The notes: generated by a model from the letters alone, not told the origin. Numbered from the stretch's first letter, positions 19,393 to 29,102 are shown. The stretch: 64,000 nt of DNA from Gammaproteobacteria bacterium (GCA_035548835.1 DASZSB010000168.1:21192-85191), one strand, 5' to 3'. Numbers and translations are program-made.

Positions 19393-20694
19393 TCATGCCA
19401 TGCCCGAGCGCCGCAGCAGCCGCCGCGTTTGCTGCGTGGCCTCCGCGAGCAGCGCGGGTTCGTCGAGCGTCTGCAGGACGTGGTCGTCCAGCAGGATCTT
19501 GCCGTCGACCATCACCGTGCACACGTCGGCCGCCTGCGCGGAGTACACGAGCAGCGCGATCGGGTCGTGCCGCGGGGCGAGGTGCGGTCGTGCGGCATCG
19601 AGCATCACGATGTCCGCCTGCTTGCCCACCTCGAGCGAGCCGATGCGCTCGTCGAGCCCGAGCGCCTTCGCGCCGTTGATCGTCGCCATGCGCAGCGCCT
19701 GACGGGCGGGCAGCGCAGTCGCGTCGCGCCGCAGCCACTTCTGCAGCAGCGCCGCGAGGTGCATTTCCTCGAACAGGTTCAGATTGTTGTTGCTGGCCGC
19801 GCCGTCCGTGCCGAGCGCGACGTTCACGCCGTCGTCGAGCAGGGCCTGGACCGGTGCGATGCCGTTCGCGAGCTTCAGGTTGCTGCCCGGGTTGTGGGCC
19901 ACGCTCACGTGGCCTGCGTGCAGCAGGCGCCGGTCGGCGGCGTCCACGTAGATGGCATGCGCCGCGATCGTGGGCACGCGGAAGCAGCCGAGGTCGGCCA
20001 GCAGCTGCACCGGGGTCACGCCGTGACGCTCGCGGCTCTCCCGGACCTCGCGCTCCGTCTCCGAGACGTGCACGTGCAGGCCGCACTCGAGGCGTTGCGC
20101 CTCGTGCAGGATCTCGCGCAGGTAGCCCGGGCTGCAGAGGTAGGCCGAGTGCGGACCGAGGCCCACGGTCACGCGGCCGTCGGCTTTGCCGTGCCAGCGC
20201 TCGTGCAGGCCCACGGCGGCGCGCAGCAGCGCCTCGCCCTGTCCCGAGTTGTCGAACAGCGCGCCGCACAGGCGGCCGCGCAACCCGGCGCGCGCGACCT
20301 CGTCGGCCACCTCGTCGAGCAGGAAGTACATGTCGTGGAAGCAGGTGGTGCCGCCACGGATGAGCTCGGCGATCCCGAGCCGCGCACCGCTGCGCACGTC
20401 CTCGGGTTGAAGGTGATCCTCGAGCGGCTTCACCCGTTCCATGAGCCACGGCCAGAACGCAAGGTCGTCGGCGTAGTTGCGCATCAGCGTCATCGACAGA
20501 TGCGTGTGCGTGTTGACGAGGCCCGGCAGCACGATGCGGTCGAGGCCGTCGAGCACGCGGTCGGGCACGAATCCCGCCGGCGCGGCGCCGACCCCGACGA
20601 TCCTGTCGTCGGCGATCGCGAGATCCGCGTCGTGCAACACGTCGTCGCGCGCGTTGACGGTGACGAGCGTGGCCTGCCGGATCAGCGTCCGCAT
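19393..20694 (-). CDS. mtaD: 5'-methylthioadenosine / S-adenosylhomocysteine deaminase (MtaD/DadD family amidohydrolase)
   Basis: ATG at 20694, 5 nt after the ahcY stop. 'LPGLVNTHTHLSMTLMRNYADD', 'HVHVSETEREV', 'AHAIY', 'HNPGSNLKLANG' and 'LGTDGAASNNNLN' are MtaD/TRZ-ATZ family blocks. The 904-aa ORF-track extension is rejected. Confidence 0.85.
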   Translation of the reverse strand: MRTLIRQATLVTVNARDDVLHDADLAIADDRIVGVGAAPAGFVPDRVLDGLDRIVLPGLVNTHTHLSMTLMRNYADDLAFWPWLMERVKPLEDHLQPEDVRSGARLGIAELIRGGTTCFHDMYFLLDEVADEVARAGLRGRLCGALFDNSGQGEALLRAAVGLHERWHGKADGRVTVGLGPHSAYLCSPGYLREILHEAQRLECGLHVHVSETEREVRESRERHGVTPVQLLADLGCFRVPTIAAHAIYVDAADRRLLHAGHVSVAHNPGSNLKLANGIAPVQALLDDGVNVALGTDGAASNNNLNLFEEMHLAALLQKWLRRDATALPARQALRMATINGAKALGLDERIGSLEVGKQADIVMLDAARPHLAPRHDPIALLVYSAQAADVCTVMVDGKILLDDHVLQTLDEPALLAEATQQTRRLLRRSGMA

Positions 20695-20699
20695 CGAGG

Positions 20700-21953
20700 T
20701 CAGACCTTCCAGTGCGCCAGGTAGTCCTGCTGATCGCCGGTCAGCGAATCGATCGTGACGCCCGCCGCGGCGAGCTTCAGCTCCGCCACGTGCGCGTCGA
20801 TCTCGGCGGGCACCGGGTGGCAATCGGGCGCGAGGGGCGTCGTGACGACGTGGCGTGCCGCGAGCGCCTGCAGCGCGAAGCTCATGTCCATGATCTCGGC
20901 CGGATGCCCGTCGGCGCAGGAGATGTTCACGATGTTGCCGCCCCCGAGCAGGTTCAGCCAGCGGCCGTCGGGCAGGCGAATCCCCTCGACGTTCGCGCGC
21001 AGCCCGCGTCTTTCGGTCGCGTGCTCCGCCAGTGCGGCGACGTCGATCTCCTCCCAGAAGTGGCCCGCATTCGCGAGCAGCACGTTGTCCTTCAGCAGCG
21101 GGAAGTGCTCGCGCCGCAGCGTGTGGCGCACGCCAGTCACCGTCAGCACGACATCGGCGACGCGACAGGCTTGCGCGAGCGGCAGCACGCGGCAACCGTG
21201 CATCAGCGCGTCCGCGGCCTTCACGGGGTCGACCTCGCAGACCACGACGTGCGCGCCCAGGCCCTGCGCGCGCAGGGCGCAGCCCTTGCCGCACCACCCG
21301 TAGCCGACGATGACCACGGTCTTGCCGGCGAGCACGAGATTCGTCGAGCGCATGACGCCTTCCCAGACCGACTGGCCGGTACCGTGCACGTTGTCGAACA
21401 GGTATTTGCAGCGTGCGTCGTTGACGAGCACCACCGGGAATTCGAGCCGTCCGGCCCTGGCGCGCGCCCGTGCGCGCAGCACGCCGGACGTCGTCTCCTC
21501 GCAGGCGCCCTGCATCTGCGCGCCGTAGGCGCGATGGGACTCGTGCAGCAGCTCGACGAGGTCGCCGCCGTCGTCGATCACGACGTGCGGCTCGATCTCG
21601 AGCGCGATACCCATGTAGCGACGCATCTCTTCCGGCGTGGCGCCATGGCGCGCATACACGTGCAGGCCGTCGGCCGCGAGCGCCGCGACGACGTCGTCCT
21701 TGGTGGATTCGGGGTTGCTGCCGGTGACGGCGACGCTCGCGCCGCCGGCGCGCAGCACGAGCGCGAGGTACGCCGTCTTGGCTTCGAGGTGAATGCACAC
21801 GGCGATTCGTTTGCCGGCGAACGGGCGCTCCGCGGCGAACCGCCGCTCGAGCTCGCGCAGGATCGGCATGTTGCGGCGCACCCAGTCGATCTTGCGCTGT
21901 CCCTCGGGTGCCAGTTCGGGAGCGGCGACGATGTTCTGCTGCATGGAGTCCAA
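20700..21953 (-). CDS. ahcY: Adenosylhomocysteinase, short archaeal/Thermotoga-type form
   Basis: About 415 aa, lacking the insertion of typical proteobacterial enzymes. 'GYGWCGKGCALRAQGLGAHVVVCEVDP' (GYGWCG rather than GYGDVGKG), 'ETTSGV', 'NDARCKYLFDN.HGTGQS', 'ANAGHF..EID'. The ORF start at 21953 is TTG; ATG at 21944 is an alternative. Confidence 0.85.
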   Translation of the reverse strand: MDSMQQNIVAAPELAPEGQRKIDWVRRNMPILRELERRFAAERPFAGKRIAVCIHLEAKTAYLALVLRAGGASVAVTGSNPESTKDDVVAALAADGLHVYARHGATPEEMRRYMGIALEIEPHVVIDDGGDLVELLHESHRAYGAQMQGACEETTSGVLRARARARAGRLEFPVVLVNDARCKYLFDNVHGTGQSVWEGVMRSTNLVLAGKTVVIVGYGWCGKGCALRAQGLGAHVVVCEVDPVKAADALMHGCRVLPLAQACRVADVVLTVTGVRHTLRREHFPLLKDNVLLANAGHFWEEIDVAALAEHATERRGLRANVEGIRLPDGRWLNLLGGGNIVNISCADGHPAEIMDMSFALQALAARHVVTTPLAPDCHPVPAEIDAHVAELKLAAAGVTIDSLTGDQQDYLAHWKV

Positions 21954-22117
21954 CCGGAGTTCGAATGCGGAAAGCTTGCACGGATGCGAAGTGCGCGCAC
22001 GTGCCTGCGATGACGATTAATGACTCACTGGTTGGGTATAGGCAAGCGGCAGCGTGCGACCTTTCCATCGACGTGCGGGCGGAGGCGTCGCGCGAGCGCC
22101 ACAGCAATGAATTTCTG

Positions 22118-22146
22118 TTGACTCGGTTTTAGTTCGGAGCTACGTT
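22118..22146 (+). promoter_or_regulatory. Candidate sigma70-type promoter for the TonB-dependent receptor gene
   Basis: TTGACT (22118-22123), a 17-nt spacer, then TACGTT (22141-22146), in the most AT-rich part of the 324-bp divergent intergenic region. This would give a leader of about 125 nt. Confidence 0.35.
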
Positions 22147-22277
22147 TCCGCACACTCTGCGAAACCACAAGCGCCACGCAGAAGTGGCCGCGCCGACGAC
22201 GCACGATTTTTGGGAGTAACTTTTAGTCCGCGTCTGCTCAGACGTACCGTCCTAACAACAGTCCGGGGGGAATCAAC

Positions 22278-25200
22278 ATGCCACGCCGCACGCGGGGCGC
22301 CGATCGGCGCTCATCGGGATTCATTGTCTCTTTCGAACGTAAGAAGCTCGCGGTCGCAGTAGCGACTGCGCTCGCGGTGCCGATGTTCGGCACACACACG
22401 GCCTCCGCGCAGCAGCAAACGGCGCAGCCGCAGCAGCAGCTCGAGGAGATCACCGTCACGGGTTCGCGCATCGTGCGGCGCGACTACGACGCGAACAGCC
22501 CCATTCAGACGGTGGACAAGGGCTCGTTCGAGCAGCAGAACTCGATCGCTCTCGAGACGGCGCTGAACAACCTGCCGCAGTTCGTCCCGGCCGCGCAGGG
22601 CATGACGCAGCTGCAGGACCAGAGCCAGATGACGGACAACTTCACGACGTTGACCGCCGGCGCGTCCACGATCAGCCTGCGCGGTCTCGGCGCGAACCGG
22701 AACCTCGTGCTGCTCGACGGCTACCGCGCCGTCCCGATCAACGCGACGATGGCCGTCGACCTGAACTCGATCCCGGCGGCGGCGATCGAGCGCGTCGAGG
22801 TGATCACGGGTGGCGCGTCGTCGGTGTACGGCGCCGACGCCGTGGCCGGCGTCGTGAACTTCATCCTGAAGAAGAACTTCCAGGGCCTCGACCTCGACAT
22901 TCAGACGGGCGCCATGCAGAACGGCGCGGGTGCGGAGTCGCGCGCCTCGGCCCTGTTCGGCGTGTCGAGCGCCGACAACCGCGGCAACATCATGGTGGGC
23001 ATGGAGCTCGCCAAGCGAGATCCGGTCCATGCGGACGACACGGCGTTCTGGCATGACGCCCTGCGTGACGGCACCACGTACCCGACGCAGCTGATCTACA
23101 CGGGCCCGTATTTCACCAGCAACGCGGCCAACCAGCCGAGCCGGGCCGCGGTCGACGCGATCTTCAACAAGCCCGGGGCGGCCGGCGTCGTGGGCGGAGT
23201 CAACGCCACGGATCCCACCAGGATCGGTGCAGCCACGAACTTCTACTGGAACGCGGACGGCACGCTGTACACGGGCGCCGCGTCGTTCAGCAACGGCACG
23301 ACCCCGGTCGGCCCCGGTGCCACGGCGGGTGCGTACCGCTACAACGGCCCGACGTATACGTCGCGGACCAACGCGAGCGTGCCGGGCGACTACCCGTTCC
23401 GCTACGTCAACAATGAAGGGCAGCTGATCCAGCACATCCTGCCGTTCGAGGCCACGATCCCGCTGGATCGCAGCTCCGTGTTCGGCCGTGCGAGCTACGA
23501 CATCTCGGACAACGTCAGCGCTTACGCGCAGTTCCTCGGCGTCTCATCGAAGACCCGGCGTTACTTCACGGACTCTCCGGCCGTCGCCGGCTGGGGCATG
23601 ATCGCGCAGCACGGCAACGGCGTGTATGCGCCGTCGCTGAACGCGGATGGCAGCACCAACGCGGCGTATCTGCCCGGCGGTCAGTACGGCCTCAATTGCG
23701 CCGCGATGGGCGGCTGCACGAAGTCCCAGGCCTTCCCGGTCTCTCCCGAGCTCGCGGCGCTGCTCGATTCGCGGCCGAACCCCGAAGCCGACTGGAGCTT
23801 CAACTACGGCATGGATTTCGGCGACTTCGGCGCGCCGGGCAACCTGTATCGCTCGGTGTTCAGCGAGTCGCGCACGAATCAGCTGTCGTTCGGCCTGAAG
23901 GGCAAGCTGGATGCCATCGACGGCACCTGGGACGTGGTCGCGTCCAAGGGCGCAGCGAAGCTCGACATCCACCTCGAGGGCTACGCGTCGCTGACGCGCG
24001 TGCGCACGATCATGGGCTCGCCGAACTGGGGCAAGGGGTTCTTCGCCCAGGGCAACTCCGGCGCACCGGGCTTCGGCTTCTCCGGCGGCATCGCGACATG
24101 CACGAGCGGCGTGCCCGTCTTCGGCGATCACGGCAACATCAGTCAGGACTGCCTGAACGCGATGTACGTGACGCTGAACCACCAGTCCGAGATGGATCAG
24201 AAGTTCATCGAGGGCAACGTGCAGGGCCGTGCGTTCAACATGCCGGCGGGCGAGGCCCGCTTCTCGGCCGGCGTCCACACGCGCACGAACTCGTACTACT
24301 ACATCTTCGATCCGCTGCAGACGGAGAACTCGTTCAACGACAATCCGGAGGGCTTCCCGGCCGACAACACGAAGGGTGAAACGTCGGTCAAGGAGATCTA
24401 CGGCGAAATGCTGCTGCCGCTCGTGAAGGACAAGACGGCGGCGAAGCACCTGAACCTCGAGCTCGGTTATCGCTACTCCGACTACGAGCTGCAGGGCGGC
24501 GTGGGGACCTGGAAGGCCCTGATCGACTGGGGCATCACGGATACGCTGCGCTTCCGCGGCGGCAAGCAGCTGGCCACGCGCGCGCCGAACATCGCGGAGC
24601 TGTTCCAGGCGAACACGCAATCCTGGTCGGTGCAGTTCGGCGGCGAGCCGTGCGCGACCAACAGCAACTTCACGTACGGCGCCAACCCGGCCCGCAACCC
24701 GAACGCCGCGGCCGTGCAGGCGCTGTGCTCGCAGATCATCGGCTCGGTCGCCTCGACGTACTACTCGCCGGCGCAGCAGGCCCAGATCAACCCGGTCGTG
24801 TGGCTGCCGTTCGTGGACGCCACGGGTAACCCGAAGGTCAACCCGGAAGAGGCGAACACGTTGACTGCGGGCTTCGTCTGGCGGCCGAACTCCAAGCACG
24901 AGAAGCTGAACGGGCTGAACCTGAGCGTCGATTACTACGACATCAAGATCACGGACATGATCTCGGTCGAGGGCGCGCTGACGGTGTACGAGAAGTGCCT
25001 GAGCGCGGCGTCGAACCCCACGTATGACCCGACGAACCCGGCGTGCCTCAAGATCCACCGCAACCCCGTCACGGGAACGGCCACCACCACGACCGTCTCG
25101 TACGTCAACGCGGCGTACGCCGAAGTGTCGGGCATCGACTTCACGGCGGATTGGCGCACCGACATGGCGGGCGGCAAGTTCGGCGTGAACTTCATGATCT

Positions 25201-25694
25201 CGTCGCTGCTGGACGAGAAGACGCAGGACACGGTGAACGCGCCGGTGATCGACTGGAAGGGCAGCTTGGGCCCGTCGGCGACGACGTCGCTGAACAACGG
25301 CGCCTACCGCTACCGCACGTTCACGACGGTCAACTACGGTCGCGGCGACTGGAACCTGGCCCTGCGCTGGCGCCATCTGCCGACGGCAATCGATGCCGCG
25401 CAGGCCGTCATCAACTCGAACATCAAGGCGGGTCTTGCCGCACCGGGGACGTTGGCCACGACGCTCGGCGCGGAGAGCACGTACGACGTGTTCGACTTGT
25501 CGGGCAGCTACGCGATCGGTCCGAAGACGAACCTCCGCTATGGCGTCGACAACCTGTTCGACCGGATGCCGGTCTGCACGGGAGGCCGGAGCGCGGCGGA
25601 TCCGCATCCGGCTCCGTGCGGTGGCGAGACGGAAGCGGGCTTCTACGACATCCTGGGCCGCAGCTTCTATGTCGGCGTGAAGGTGTCCTTCTGA
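22278..25694 (+). CDS. TonB-dependent outer-membrane receptor (large, 1138 aa)
   Basis: ATG follows GGGGGGAA. Signal peptide, then 'EEITVTGSRI' at the plug-domain start, 'LRGLGANRNLVLLDG', 'IERVEVITGGASSVYGADAVAGVVNFILK', and a C-terminus 'SFYVGVKVSF' with terminal Phe. Confidence 0.95.
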   Translation: MPRRTRGADRRSSGFIVSFERKKLAVAVATALAVPMFGTHTASAQQQTAQPQQQLEEITVTGSRIVRRDYDANSPIQTVDKGSFEQQNSIALETALNNLPQFVPAAQGMTQLQDQSQMTDNFTTLTAGASTISLRGLGANRNLVLLDGYRAVPINATMAVDLNSIPAAAIERVEVITGGASSVYGADAVAGVVNFILKKNFQGLDLDIQTGAMQNGAGAESRASALFGVSSADNRGNIMVGMELAKRDPVHADDTAFWHDALRDGTTYPTQLIYTGPYFTSNAANQPSRAAVDAIFNKPGAAGVVGGVNATDPTRIGAATNFYWNADGTLYTGAASFSNGTTPVGPGATAGAYRYNGPTYTSRTNASVPGDYPFRYVNNEGQLIQHILPFEATIPLDRSSVFGRASYDISDNVSAYAQFLGVSSKTRRYFTDSPAVAGWGMIAQHGNGVYAPSLNADGSTNAAYLPGGQYGLNCAAMGGCTKSQAFPVSPELAALLDSRPNPEADWSFNYGMDFGDFGAPGNLYRSVFSESRTNQLSFGLKGKLDAIDGTWDVVASKGAAKLDIHLEGYASLTRVRTIMGSPNWGKGFFAQGNSGAPGFGFSGGIATCTSGVPVFGDHGNISQDCLNAMYVTLNHQSEMDQKFIEGNVQGRAFNMPAGEARFSAGVHTRTNSYYYIFDPLQTENSFNDNPEGFPADNTKGETSVKEIYGEMLLPLVKDKTAAKHLNLELGYRYSDYELQGGVGTWKALIDWGITDTLRFRGGKQLATRAPNIAELFQANTQSWSVQFGGEPCATNSNFTYGANPARNPNAAAVQALCSQIIGSVASTYYSPAQQAQINPVVWLPFVDATGNPKVNPEEANTLTAGFVWRPNSKHEKLNGLNLSVDYYDIKITDMISVEGALTVYEKCLSAASNPTYDPTNPACLKIHRNPVTGTATTTTVSYVNAAYAEVSGIDFTADWRTDMAGGKFGVNFMISSLLDEKTQDTVNAPVIDWKGSLGPSATTSLNNGAYRYRTFTTVNYGRGDWNLALRWRHLPTAIDAAQAVINSNIKAGLAAPGTLATTLGAESTYDVFDLSGSYAIGPKTNLRYGVDNLFDRMPVCTGGRSAADPHPAPCGGETEAGFYDILGRSFYVGVKVSF

Positions 25695-25724
25695 GCGTAC
25701 GGCTCTAGGGATGTGCTCCGACGC

Positions 25725-25757
25725 GACGGCGAGCCTCTGGCTCGCCGTCGCCTTTTC
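25725..25757 (+). terminator. Rho-independent terminator after the receptor gene
   Basis: GACGGCGAGCC (25725-25735) / loop TCT / GGCTCGCCGTC (25739-25749) is a perfect 11 bp stem, followed by GCCTTTTCGG. Confidence 0.75.
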
Positions 25758-25880
25758 GGGGGTGCGGCCCCGGGGCGGGGCGCACGGGATTTCCGGCGCG
25801 CGCCGGATTGGTCCGCCCGGCGTCGTTGGGCCATAATCGATTTCGGATTTCTTCCTGCGAAACAGAGCCCTGCCGCCAAG

Positions 25881-26957
25881 ATGGCCAGCGTGCGCCAACC
25901 GTTGTCGTCCGACGTCCTGCGCTCCGAGCAGTGCGATGCCGCGGGCGCGCACGGCGATGCCATCACGCATCTCGCGACGGGCGCGCGCAAGCGCGACGTC
26001 GAAGCGATGACGCGGCTCGGCAAACGCCTGCTCGTCGGCGACCGCGCACCCTGCCTGCCGAAGGACGGAGCCGGTCTGATCGCCGACGCCAGTGCACGCG
26101 GCGGTGCGGAGGCGGCCGCGGTGCTCGCCGTGCTGTATGCCGTCGGCGCCAGCCGGGGCCACGGTGTCGCCGCGGCCCTGGAGCAGCTGATCCTCGCGGC
26201 CGAACGCGGCTGGGAGAGCGCCCAGGCCCAGCTGCGCGTGCTGGCTGCGGGGCCGGCGGACGCCGATCCGGCCGGGGAGCCCGAGACCGCCGCGGGCGGC
26301 ACGGGCGCCTGGCGCCTGCTCGGGCAGCGCGTCGATCTCGCGGCCTGGCAGACGCCACCCGCCGCAGTGGATCTCAGCGACAGTCCGCAGATTCGGTCGT
26401 ATCCGAAGTTCGTGAGCCCGCGCGCCTGTCGGTGGTTCATCGAGCGGTCGCGCGGCCGCCTGTCGCGAGCGCTGGTGTACGAGGCGCTGAGCCGGGAGGT
26501 CATGGCACGGCCGACGCGCACGAACACGGCCGCCGTGTTCAACATGACGGACACGGATCTCGTGTTCGTCTTCACGCAGCAGCGGATGGCGGCCTGTCTG
26601 GGCGTCTCGCTGCGCCAGTTCGAGGCGGCCACGGTGCTGCACTACGACGAGGGCGAGGAGATCACCGATCACTACGACTTCATCGATCCGAACATCCCCG
26701 ACTACGCGCAGGAAATCGCGCAGCAGGGCGAGCGGATCGTGACGTTCCTGGTCTATCTGAACGACGACTACGCAGGGGGCGAGACTGCGTTTCCGCGGCT
26801 CGGCATCGAGCACAAGGGGCAGTGCGGCGAAGGCCTGTTCTTCGTGAATGCGTTCGACGGGCGCGCGGACACGCGCACGCTGCACGCGGGCCGCACGCCC
26901 GCGGGCGGCGAGAAGTGGATCATTTCGCAATTCGTACGCAATCGCGCGCTGTTGTGA
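25881..26957 (+). CDS. Sel1-like repeat + prolyl-4-hydroxylase-type 2OG-Fe(II) oxygenase
   Basis: ATG at 25881. N-terminal 'VEAMTRLGKRLLVGD...GAGLIADASARGGAEAA..LAVLYAVG' is Sel1/TPR-like. C-terminal 'LHYDEGEEITDHYDF' (HxD), 'VTFLVYLNDDYAGGETAFP' and 'TLHAG..P..GEKWIISQF' match the P4H fold. Confidence 0.8.
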   Translation: MASVRQPLSSDVLRSEQCDAAGAHGDAITHLATGARKRDVEAMTRLGKRLLVGDRAPCLPKDGAGLIADASARGGAEAAAVLAVLYAVGASRGHGVAAALEQLILAAERGWESAQAQLRVLAAGPADADPAGEPETAAGGTGAWRLLGQRVDLAAWQTPPAAVDLSDSPQIRSYPKFVSPRACRWFIERSRGRLSRALVYEALSREVMARPTRTNTAAVFNMTDTDLVFVFTQQRMAACLGVSLRQFEAATVLHYDEGEEITDHYDFIDPNIPDYAQEIAQQGERIVTFLVYLNDDYAGGETAFPRLGIEHKGQCGEGLFFVNAFDGRADTRTLHAGRTPAGGEKWIISQFVRNRALL

Positions 26958-26992
26958 CGCGGGAGCGACGGGCTCCACAAGGGGGAATCGAC

Positions 26993-27994
26993 ATGCACGG
27001 CAAACACCGGATCGGCATCGCGCTCGCAATCATGGCCTTGGCGGCGACAGCCGGCGCCCAAGAGCCCGTGGGTCGAATCCAGTCGCTCTCGCATGCGATC
27101 CATGCGGTCAACGACCTCGATACGACGCTCGCGTTCTATCGCGACGTGTTCGGCATCGAGGGCAAGGCCGTCGACTTCCCGAACCCTGGCGTGCCGCTGC
27201 TGACGAATGCGCCCGGCGTCACATTGCGCCTGTCCATGGTCGCGCTGCCCGGCGGCACGCGCTTCGAGTTCACGCACTTCAAGGGGCTCGAGCGCCAGCC
27301 GGCCCAGGCGAAGTACACCGATCCCGGCGCCGCGAGCCTCGTCCTGTACGTGCGCGACATCGATGCAGTCGCGGCCGCCGCGAAGAAGGCGCACGCCGTC
27401 ATCGTGACCACGGGCGGCGCGCCGGTCGAGATCGCCACGCCACAGGGCAAGACGCGCTCGATCATCCTGCGCGACCCGGACGGGTTCTTCCTGCAGCTCG
27501 TGCAGGAGACGCCCGCGGCCGGTGCGCCGCAGGGCAGCATCCACCGCGTCACCGTGGCCTATACGATGGAAAGCGCCGACGCGACGAAACGCTTCTACAC
27601 CGGCATGCTCGGCGTCGGGCTCGAGGGCGGCGCGGCCTTCGTCAAGGACCCCGCGTTTGCGAAGCTCGTCGGCGCGCCCGACAACGTGGAGTTCCGCAGG
27701 CTGAGCGGCACGCTGCCGCCCGGAACCCGCGTCGATTTCACGGAGTTCCGCGGCGTGCCGCGCAGCAAGTTCCACCTGCGGGTCCGCGACCCCGGCGCGC
27801 CGGCCCTGGCCATCCAGGTGGAGAACCTCGTGGGCATGGTGGCGCAGATGAAAGGGGCGGGCGTGAACGTGATCTCGACGAACGGTCAGCTGGTCGACTT
27901 TGGCAACGGCGTCCACAACATCTTCGTGGAGGATCCGAACGGCATGAACCTCGAGCTGATCGAGCGGTCGCCGCCGCCAGGCGGCAGCAAGTAG
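26993..27994 (+). CDS. Secreted two-domain VOC (glyoxalase/bleomycin-resistance/dioxygenase) family protein (copy 1)
   Basis: ATG at 26993 follows GGGGGAA. Signal peptide. 'HAIHAVNDLDTTLAFYRDVFGIEG' and a second repeat 'VAYTMESADATKRFYTGMLGV', plus 'DPDGFFLQLVQ' and 'DPNGMNLELIE'. Paralog of 47369..48394. Confidence 0.8.
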   Translation: MHGKHRIGIALAIMALAATAGAQEPVGRIQSLSHAIHAVNDLDTTLAFYRDVFGIEGKAVDFPNPGVPLLTNAPGVTLRLSMVALPGGTRFEFTHFKGLERQPAQAKYTDPGAASLVLYVRDIDAVAAAAKKAHAVIVTTGGAPVEIATPQGKTRSIILRDPDGFFLQLVQETPAAGAPQGSIHRVTVAYTMESADATKRFYTGMLGVGLEGGAAFVKDPAFAKLVGAPDNVEFRRLSGTLPPGTRVDFTEFRGVPRSKFHLRVRDPGAPALAIQVENLVGMVAQMKGAGVNVISTNGQLVDFGNGVHNIFVEDPNGMNLELIERSPPPGGSK

Positions 27995-28039
27995 CATGGA
28001 TTTGCACAGAGACCACGAGCGGACGAGGGGCAGAGCAAC

Positions 28040-29077
28040 ATGAGACGGGTGTCGTGGGGAACTTGTGCGGCGGCCGCGGTCGTCGCGGCCGCTCTCGGCG
28101 CGCAGGCGCAGACGTCGGCGCCCATTCAGGCGAGCGACGTGCCGCAGCGCAAGAAGGTGGCGCCTCTGCCGCCGCGCGGCACCTACGTGCCGCCGAAGAC
28201 CTCGTGGGGCGACCCCGCGATCGCCGGCGCGTACAACAACAGCGACGAGAGCGGCATTCCGTTCGAGCGGCCGGCCGAGTACGCGGGTCGTACGCTCGAC
28301 AGCTTCACGCCGGAGGAGCTCGCGAAGATCACGAGGCAGCGCCAGGAGCAGACCATCGAGCGCAATCCGACGCTGTCCGAGTTTCCGGGCGCCACGAGCC
28401 CGATGCACTGGTTCGAGAACTACTTCGCGGCCAACAGCCGGGCGTGGCTCGTCTCCGATCCGCCGGACGGCAAGGTGCCCGAGCTGACGGACGAGGCGCG
28501 GCAGCGGGCGGCGGCACGCGAGGAGGCTCGCAAGGGACGCGGACCGGCGGATTCCTACACGGATCGCAGCCTGTACGACCGCTGCATCACGCGCGGCGTG
28601 CCGGGCTCGATGATGCCGGCCATCTACGGCAACTCGTATCAGATCATGCAGAGCCCCGACGCGGTGACCATCACGTACGAGATGATCCACGACACACGGG
28701 TGATCCCGCTCGACGGCCGGCCGCACGTCGCGCCCGCGATACGCCAGTACCTGGGTGACGCGCGCGGTCACTGGGAGGGCAACACGCTGGTCGTCGAGAC
28801 CACGAATTTCAACGACAGGGTGCCGTTCCGCGGCTCGAGCCAGGAGCTCAAGCTCATCGAGCGCTTCACGCCGCTCGGCCCGGACACGCTCGAATGGTCG
28901 GTAACCTTCGACGATCCGCACACCTGGGCGCGGCCGTGGACGTTCGCCATGAACCTCACGCACGACGAATCGCAGCCGCTGTTCGAGTACGCCTGCCACG
29001 AGGGCAACTACGGCCTGCGCAACATGTTGTCGGCTGCGCGCGCCGAGGAAGCGGCCGCGCAGAAGAAGGGCAAGTAG
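28040..29077 (+). CDS. Secreted protein of uncharacterised family A (full length, 345 aa)
   Basis: Signal peptide. 'SWGDP', 'DRSLYDRCITRGVPGSM', 'ITYEMIHDTRVIPLDGRPH', 'GHWEGNTLVVETTNFN', 'LIERF' and 'FEYACHEGNYGLRNML' are shared almost block-for-block with 51939..52937. Confidence 0.85.
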   Translation: MRRVSWGTCAAAAVVAAALGAQAQTSAPIQASDVPQRKKVAPLPPRGTYVPPKTSWGDPAIAGAYNNSDESGIPFERPAEYAGRTLDSFTPEELAKITRQRQEQTIERNPTLSEFPGATSPMHWFENYFAANSRAWLVSDPPDGKVPELTDEARQRAAAREEARKGRGPADSYTDRSLYDRCITRGVPGSMMPAIYGNSYQIMQSPDAVTITYEMIHDTRVIPLDGRPHVAPAIRQYLGDARGHWEGNTLVVETTNFNDRVPFRGSSQELKLIERFTPLGPDTLEWSVTFDDPHTWARPWTFAMNLTHDESQPLFEYACHEGNYGLRNMLSAARAEEAAAQKKGK

Positions 29078-29102
29078 GGCGGACGACGTGCGCCGCCGCC
29101 GC

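Noticed and set aside
21954-22117. SAH riboswitch expected upstream of ahcY (minus strand leader).
   Set aside because: I reverse-complemented the leader and looked for the conserved GAGGAGCGCUGC ... CAGGCUC ... AACGGCGCUCAC arrangement. Only an isolated GGCGCUC occurs, in the wrong order and without the partner strands. A covariance-model scan (Rfam RF01057) would be decisive.
22147-22277. Cobalamin or other riboswitch, or a Fur box, in the leader or promoter of the TonB-dependent receptor.
   Set aside because: The leader is too short for a cobalamin element, and I see no B12-box-like or other conserved core. The AT-rich stretch near 22105-22117 has only weak resemblance to a Fur box.
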